From an uncultured Ignavibacteria bacterium (GTDB lineage Bacteria > Zixibacteria > MSB-5A5 > UM-FILTER-46-8): a stretch of DNA of 64,000 nucleotides. The notes under the pieces are model-generated. The model did no database searches, was not told the DNA's origin, and saw nothing but the letters and a program-made list of their open reading frames with translations. Positions 58,732 through 64,000 of the stretch are shown in pieces. Positions within the stretch are counted from its first letter, which is position 1. Each line of letters opens with the position of its first letter. The translations under genes were made by a program, and so were the position numbers. Location: NCBI GenBank assembly GCA_964563085.1, contig CAZLVS010000009.1, positions 14,400-78,399 on the forward strand, given 5' to 3'.

Positions 58732-61044
58732 TTAATCACCAATCTGCTGGTTTTCCATCAGTCCTTTCAGCAGCTTAAGCTTCTCGGCTGCCGGGTAAAA
58801 TGTGGAATCCACTTGAAGCGCCTTCGCAAAATATCGTTCCGCCGCCTCAAACCGATTGTTTTTGGCATAAATCAGACCCAGATTATAGAATATTGCAGGA
58901 TTATCCGGTGAGAGTTCGGCGGCGCGTTTCAGATAATGTTGGGCGGTAGTATAATCCCGCTTGTAATCATAAATCAATCCGGCGTTTATCCATGCCTGAA
59001 CGAAAAGAGAATCGGATTCGATGATACTCTCCAACCGCCGGAGAGCGGAATCGAGATTACCCTCTCTTATCTCTATTGTGGCGATATTGTAATTCGCCCT
59101 CTTGCGTATACCTGTTAGATTAGCGGAAAACGGTAAATCACGCGAGTAGATTTCACCGAGGTTGTATTCGGAAACCAGCGATGTTTCCTCTGATATCTCC
59201 ATTATACGGCGATAATGCATCTCCGCCGAATCGAGCTGATTTCTCTGCAGGTAAATTGAGCCCAATGCCAGAAGCAAACGAGGAGCTTCCTCGATATTAT
59301 GTATATAATTTCGGGCGGTCTTAACCGCCGAAGTTGTATCGCCGGCAAATAGCTTCGCCTGAACTAAGTTAGCCGCCGCGCCGGCTTCATTCGGTTTGTA
59401 GGAGAGCGCATCATTCGCGGCGATTATCGCATCGCGATAATTGCCCTTTAGCAGGTTTATTGTTGAGAGATTTAGATATGCGCGGCTCTCTGCCGGATGA
59501 TATCTCAGCTCCTGCCGGTAATAATACTCAGCGCTGTCAAGTTGATCGGTGTAAAAGAAAATATTCCCGATGTTCAGCCGCGCCAATGAAACGTTTGGAT
59601 TGCTTTCTAACGCCTGCTTATATTGCTCCTTAGCTTGCTGCCATTCTCCGTTTCTTAAATATATATTTCCGAGATTGTAGTGTGCCCGGGAAAAGTCGTA
59701 CTTATCGATATTCGTGAAGTTAGAAAGCGAAACAGCGGCTGCAATTATTCCAAAGATCAAAGGAGCCAGCATTTTCCTGATGCCAAGTTTTCCGTTGAAA
59801 GCAGCATAAATGCCGTAAGCTCCGTATCCTGCAAAAAGACTGAGATAAGGAATCAGCGGCAGCCTGAACCGGGAGGTAACAAAGAAAAGAATCATGGTGA
59901 TCCATATCGACACCAATAAAAGCCGCATCAGAAGGGATTCCCGACCTCGCAATCCCGAAACAGTCTTGCCGATAACCGCCAGGGCTAATATCAAGGCAAA
60001 AGGCATTATCAGCAAACCGGTTGCCGAGGCATATCTTTTGGTGAAGTATAGATTCTGATTGTTGGAGATTTCGTAGTTGTTTAAAGATAAGTAAATCTTT
60101 TTCAGGAAAAGGGTTACAGCGGAGAAAGGATTCTCTATAATAAAATCGAATCCCTTGAAATAGTAATATTGGGACACCTCCGACGGTTTCATCGATTCCT
60201 CGCCGGTTTCCTTTTCCGCATAGTATTTACAGTCCTCATACTGCCAGGTTACTCCGGTCTCGGGGAAGCGCGCTGTCATTCCGTCGGCTTCCGGATTATT
60301 GCCTATGTAAAAATTTATTCCGCCCTGGGATGCAATCAAAACAGCATCATCCCCCATGGTGAGGTTAACTACAGTCACGGGAATAATGGGGATAATCGAA
60401 GCTATTATATAAGCAGCGATAAGCTTGCTTTTCCGCTGTTTTATCAATAACCAGACTATAGCCGGTATATAAAAAATCAGAATATTGGCTCTGGTTACGG
60501 CAGCCATTCCCAGCAGTAATCCCGATACAAACAGATAAAGCCGGCTGCCGTCATCCTCCTGTCCCCGGAGGAAGAAGTAAAAAGAGACAATGGTTAAGGC
60601 TGAAAACAAAGTATCAACCAGAAGCTGCCCTTCGAAATACAGCGCGGGGAAGTAGAGGATGTAAATTAATGAGGCGATCACAGCGGTAGCGGTATTGAAG
60701 TAACGTTCACCGATTAAAAATATAAAAAATATTGTGACCACTCCTAAAAAATGACCGGCAAATGATGCGATGAAAATGTTGACTCCGAATATCAGGTACA
60801 ACACTCCCAGAAAAAGCGGATAAAGCGGTGCGCGGAAAAAGGGTCCGTTAATCTGCAGCTCTCCATTGGCAAAATCGATTGCCATCAGATGATGATACAG
60901 TGCGTCGATGCTGGGATTGTAGAAAAAAGGGCTGTTTTGTGATGATTGATAAAGATAAACAATCCTGATCGCTAATGCGACCGCGAGTATCAATATCAAC
61001 CGGACCTTGCTGCCGGAAAGTGCTTTGCTAAAACTCTTATCCAT
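58732..61044 (-). CDS. ArnT/PMT-like (GT-C fold) membrane glycosyltransferase fused to C-terminal TPR array
   Basis: Multiple TM helices, IDALYH, FFRAPLYP.FL, SQGGINFYIGNN, RFRLP; about eight TPRs (AHYNLG, ARLNIG, AWINAG, IFYNLG). Confidence 0.82.
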   Translation of the reverse strand: MDKSFSKALSGSKVRLILILAVALAIRIVYLYQSSQNSPFFYNPSIDALYHHLMAIDFANGELQINGPFFRAPLYPLFLGVLYLIFGVNIFIASFAGHFLGVVTIFFIFLIGERYFNTATAVIASLIYILYFPALYFEGQLLVDTLFSALTIVSFYFFLRGQEDDGSRLYLFVSGLLLGMAAVTRANILIFYIPAIVWLLIKQRKSKLIAAYIIASIIPIIPVTVVNLTMGDDAVLIASQGGINFYIGNNPEADGMTARFPETGVTWQYEDCKYYAEKETGEESMKPSEVSQYYYFKGFDFIIENPFSAVTLFLKKIYLSLNNYEISNNQNLYFTKRYASATGLLIMPFALILALAVIGKTVSGLRGRESLLMRLLLVSIWITMILFFVTSRFRLPLIPYLSLFAGYGAYGIYAAFNGKLGIRKMLAPLIFGIIAAAVSLSNFTNIDKYDFSRAHYNLGNIYLRNGEWQQAKEQYKQALESNPNVSLARLNIGNIFFYTDQLDSAEYYYRQELRYHPAESRAYLNLSTINLLKGNYRDAIIAANDALSYKPNEAGAAANLVQAKLFAGDTTSAVKTARNYIHNIEEAPRLLLALGSIYLQRNQLDSAEMHYRRIMEISEETSLVSEYNLGEIYSRDLPFSANLTGIRKRANYNIATIEIREGNLDSALRRLESIIESDSLFVQAWINAGLIYDYKRDYTTAQHYLKRAAELSPDNPAIFYNLGLIYAKNNRFEAAERYFAKALQVDSTFYPAAEKLKLLKGLMENQQIGD

Positions 61045-61190
61045 TCATAGAATATATTTAATCTGCGAATTCATTGTCAACATGAGCTTGATATTCTTTG
61101 TAATAATTGTGAAATCGGCTGCAGCATATATAATTACTTAAAGCGGATTTATTTGGTTTCACAGTTGGAGCAGATAAACATCTTGGCTAA

Positions 61191-61348
61191 CCGGGATTAT
61201 TCATAAATTTCGGCGCCGGTAGAGGAAGCCTGGCGCTTCCGGTGTTTTCCAAAGTCCTTAAATTCAGCCCTTCCATGACCCGCTGGCTGTAAGCTCCCGA
61301 AGGACGAGCTTTCGGCCGCCATATCCGCATTTTCGTGAATAATTCGGG
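61191..61348. mobile_element. ~158-bp MITE/PATE-like element (inverted relative to 56447-56600)
   Basis: GGGATTATTCATA ... CGTGAATAATTCGGG with the same two hairpins in reverse order. Confidence 0.6.
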
Positions 61349-61482
61349 CTGCAATTATTAATAAAAAGGGATTTGAAGTGAATAACATGGAGTCAACCTG
61401 AGGCAGACTGTATATCACTTATTTGCTATTCAGGCATTTGTTTTGCGGATACAGTATTTGGAAAGCAATTGGCAAATAAGCC

Positions 61483-61510
61483 TTGACAATTCTGACATTC
61501 TGGTTATTTT
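61483..61510 (+). promoter_or_regulatory. Putative sigma70 promoter
   Basis: TTGACA - 16 nt - TATTTT. Confidence 0.45.
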
Positions 61511-61688
61511 TCAGTAATGGAGCGGTGACTTAGCGGTTGATTGACGGGAATTTAAGTCACCTTCAAAGGAAAACTGAGGTTCTATCTACTTTAGTTTTTT
61601 TGGGGTATTTTGGTTCCAGCTGAAAATTAATAACCCATTTGGAATTAAGAACTTAGTTACTAATAACAACCGGCAAAGGAGTATTTTT

Positions 61689-64000
61689 ATGTTGCTTTCT
61701 TCGAAGAAGGTTCTCTGCTTTCTTTTACTCGCATCTCTCTTTATCCCTCTAACCGCGCAGGCGGAAATTCTCTACAGTGAGGATGGCTATAGATATTTAT
61801 CTGATCAAATGATAATCGGAATAGATAAAGATTGTCCCGGATTAAATCTGGGCGATTTCTCTACCGCGGGATTCAGTACGGGTATTGAATCACTGGATTT
61901 ACTCTGCTCGCAATACGGTGTGGTTTCAATCCAGCCCTGGTACGAAGGAAAGATACCGGATAGCAAGCCCCATCTCAAGGATGTTGTGGAGAGAATGTAT
62001 ATCGCGCATACTAATGAAAATAACGATATTAGAACGGTAATATCGGCTTTTTCCAAAGACAGTCATCTGGAATATGCCGAATTGTATGATATACCAATTC
62101 CCTATTATGAGCCGAATGATCCTTCCATTAACAGCCAATGGTTTTTGGGAACTGTAAACGCTTATGAAGCCTGGGATATAATCAGGGGTGATGATACCGA
62201 CACCGCTATCGTTGGAATAAGCGATACCGGAGTGTATTGGGAACATCCCGACCTGTATCCCAACCTCTGGATTAACGAGGCGGAGGATATTAATAACAAT
62301 GGTCAGTTCGATAATTACCCCGTCAACCAAGGCGGCGATTTGGACGGGTGGGATGAAGATGATAACGGATACATAGACGACGTAATCGGATTCGATCTGA
62401 TGTATCACGACGCCGACCCGTCCGAACCTTCTCCGATTCACGGCACTCATGTTGCCGGTTGCGCATCGGAAGCCACCGATAATGGAATAGGCGGAGCCGG
62501 AGTCGGATTCTCGGCTCGAATTATGTCCGCCAAGGGCGGCGACAACAATGGAAACCTTTACGCAGTGTATCAGGCGATCACATACTGCGCCGCTTCCGGA
62601 GCTCATTTCTGCAACTGCAGTTGGGGAAGCTCCTATTACAATCAGAATAATCAAAATGTTTGTACCGCCGCATTCAACGAGGGGTGTTTGGTTATTGCGG
62701 CGGCAGGCAACGAATCGACCAGTTCTCCGCACTACCCTTCCGCTTACGATAATGTTCTGGCGGTTGCGGCAACTTCTCAAAATAATGCAAAAGCTTCCTT
62801 TAGCAACTATGGAGATTGGATTGATATTTCAGCTCCGGGCGTGTCGATATACAGCACCTGGGGACCGACCGGCTATACATCCTTAGGCGGAACTTCCATG
62901 GCGAGCCCTATCACTGCCGGAGCCGCCGCGCTGGTTCAGGCACAGCAGCCGAGTCGTGAGCCGCAGGATATTATCGATATCTTAATGGCGACCGCTGACA
63001 GCGCAACTTTGTATACCGCAAATCCCAGCTATGAAGGCGAACTCGGCGCGGGATTGGTCGATGCTTACGCCGCTCTGGCAGCTTCTTCCGAACCGAACAT
63101 ACAGCTTGTCTTAACCGATATCAACATCGTCGATGACGACGGCGATGGAATCGCCAATCCAGGCGAGAGTATTGAACTGACGGTGATGCTTACTAATCTC
63201 TGGGCGGACGCATTGAATGTCGAAGCGACTTTAGATGACCACGACGCGATAACAATAGAGGACGGGTTTTCGCAATACGGCGACATAGCCAGCGGCGAGG
63301 AGGTCGATAATTCCGGGGATCCGTTTAAGTTCACCATAAATGAAGATGCTCCTTTGCAGTTGGCGGAGTTACTTTTGGATATCACCGCTGATGGCAACTA
63401 TAACACGCAGGTTTTAGTACCGTTCAACATTTCGCTGAATATGTCCAATTTCCCGTTAACCGCGGATGGTAATATCGAAGGGCACATGGCTTTTGCTAAT
63501 TTCAATCCGGATCCCGGCAAGGAGCTGATTTTCGGAAGCCATGGCGGATATGTATATGTGGTGCATTCTGACGGTACCATTGCCGACAATTTCCCGGTAG
63601 CGGTTGATGGCGATATCGTGAGTGGAATCGCAATAGGAAACGTCGCCGGCGACTGGCGTTTGGACTTAGTCGCTACTACAAAAACCGGACATGTTTATGC
63701 AATCGACCACGAGGGGCAAGTATTCGACGGTTTCCCGGTCGCTCCCGAAGGAGGCAGTTATTATGCAACGCCTTCGATTGCTGATATAGATCACGACGGC
63801 TTGCTGGAAATATTCTGTCCGAATTTCGGCGCCAGCCTGCTTTATGCTTATGACGACGACGGCAGCGAGCTGCCCGGATTCCCGGTATCCGCAAACGACG
63901 GCAGGTTTTATGGAAGCTGTGCAATAGGCGATATCGACGATGACAACGAACTGGAGATCATCGCCGGTAATCTCGAGGGAGATTTGTTTGCCTGGAATCA
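61689..64000 (+). CDS. Secreted S8 subtilisin-like peptidase with FG-GAP repeats (partial; paralogue of 40978-44241)
   Basis: Missing from ORF track because it runs off the window. AAGGAG RBS, MLLSSKKVLCFLLLASLF signal, ISDTG, HGTHVAGCASEATDN, AAAGN, GTSMAS, DIDHDG/DIDDD repeats. Confidence 0.92.
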   Translation, partial: MLLSSKKVLCFLLLASLFIPLTAQAEILYSEDGYRYLSDQMIIGIDKDCPGLNLGDFSTAGFSTGIESLDLLCSQYGVVSIQPWYEGKIPDSKPHLKDVVERMYIAHTNENNDIRTVISAFSKDSHLEYAELYDIPIPYYEPNDPSINSQWFLGTVNAYEAWDIIRGDDTDTAIVGISDTGVYWEHPDLYPNLWINEAEDINNNGQFDNYPVNQGGDLDGWDEDDNGYIDDVIGFDLMYHDADPSEPSPIHGTHVAGCASEATDNGIGGAGVGFSARIMSAKGGDNNGNLYAVYQAITYCAASGAHFCNCSWGSSYYNQNNQNVCTAAFNEGCLVIAAAGNESTSSPHYPSAYDNVLAVAATSQNNAKASFSNYGDWIDISAPGVSIYSTWGPTGYTSLGGTSMASPITAGAAALVQAQQPSREPQDIIDILMATADSATLYTANPSYEGELGAGLVDAYAALAASSEPNIQLVLTDINIVDDDGDGIANPGESIELTVMLTNLWADALNVEATLDDHDAITIEDGFSQYGDIASGEEVDNSGDPFKFTINEDAPLQLAELLLDITADGNYNTQVLVPFNISLNMSNFPLTADGNIEGHMAFANFNPDPGKELIFGSHGGYVYVVHSDGTIADNFPVAVDGDIVSGIAIGNVAGDWRLDLVATTKTGHVYAIDHEGQVFDGFPVAPEGGSYYATPSIADIDHDGLLEIFCPNFGASLLYAYDDDGSELPGFPVSANDGRFYGSCAIGDIDDDNELEIIAGNLEGDLFAWN

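Noticed and set aside
61926-62780. 284-aa minus-strand ORF
   Set aside because: Antisense to the S8 protease that the ORF track missed.

Overview
Chromosomal segment from an anaerobic Gram-negative bacterium of the FCB group, most consistent with candidate phylum Zixibacteria. The taxonomy is inferred from the many secreted proteins ending in a PNPFN...SGxYFYR...K(M)xLxK C-terminal sorting domain, a type-II IleRS, and the yggS-divIVA-pnp-ileS-dksA-lspA-rluD gene order. Contents: an MtrA/DmsE-type multiheme cytochrome; four secreted peptidases (M4, two S8, M1) and one further CTD protein; two complete LeuC/LeuD (aconitase-family) pairs; an HdrC-HdrB-FrdB-FrdA-like redox operon under two Rex/CRP-like boxes; a glucosylglycerate-synthase-like GT; CopA; a STAS-GGDEF-Wza-Wzc-TPR-BY-kinase exopolysaccharide locus; a GAF-fused PilB/GspE ATPase; a PlpD-type patatin; and housekeeping genes. 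I recognised no rRNA, tRNA or CRISPR array. The most unusual features are: (1) a full-length class I HMG-CoA reductase homologue with its catalytic and NADPH-binding motifs replaced and a Zn-ribbon inserted; (2) a LeuC-fold pseudo-enzyme that has lost all three Fe-S cysteines, carries two N-terminal HTH repeats, and is translationally coupled to a HIT hydrolase; (3) an intact LeuC with a histone-H1-like Lys/Ala tail; (4) mosaic REP hairpin cassettes, a ~155-bp MITE/PATE-like element and an IS110 remnant. All homology calls are by eye from motifs; no database searches were run.
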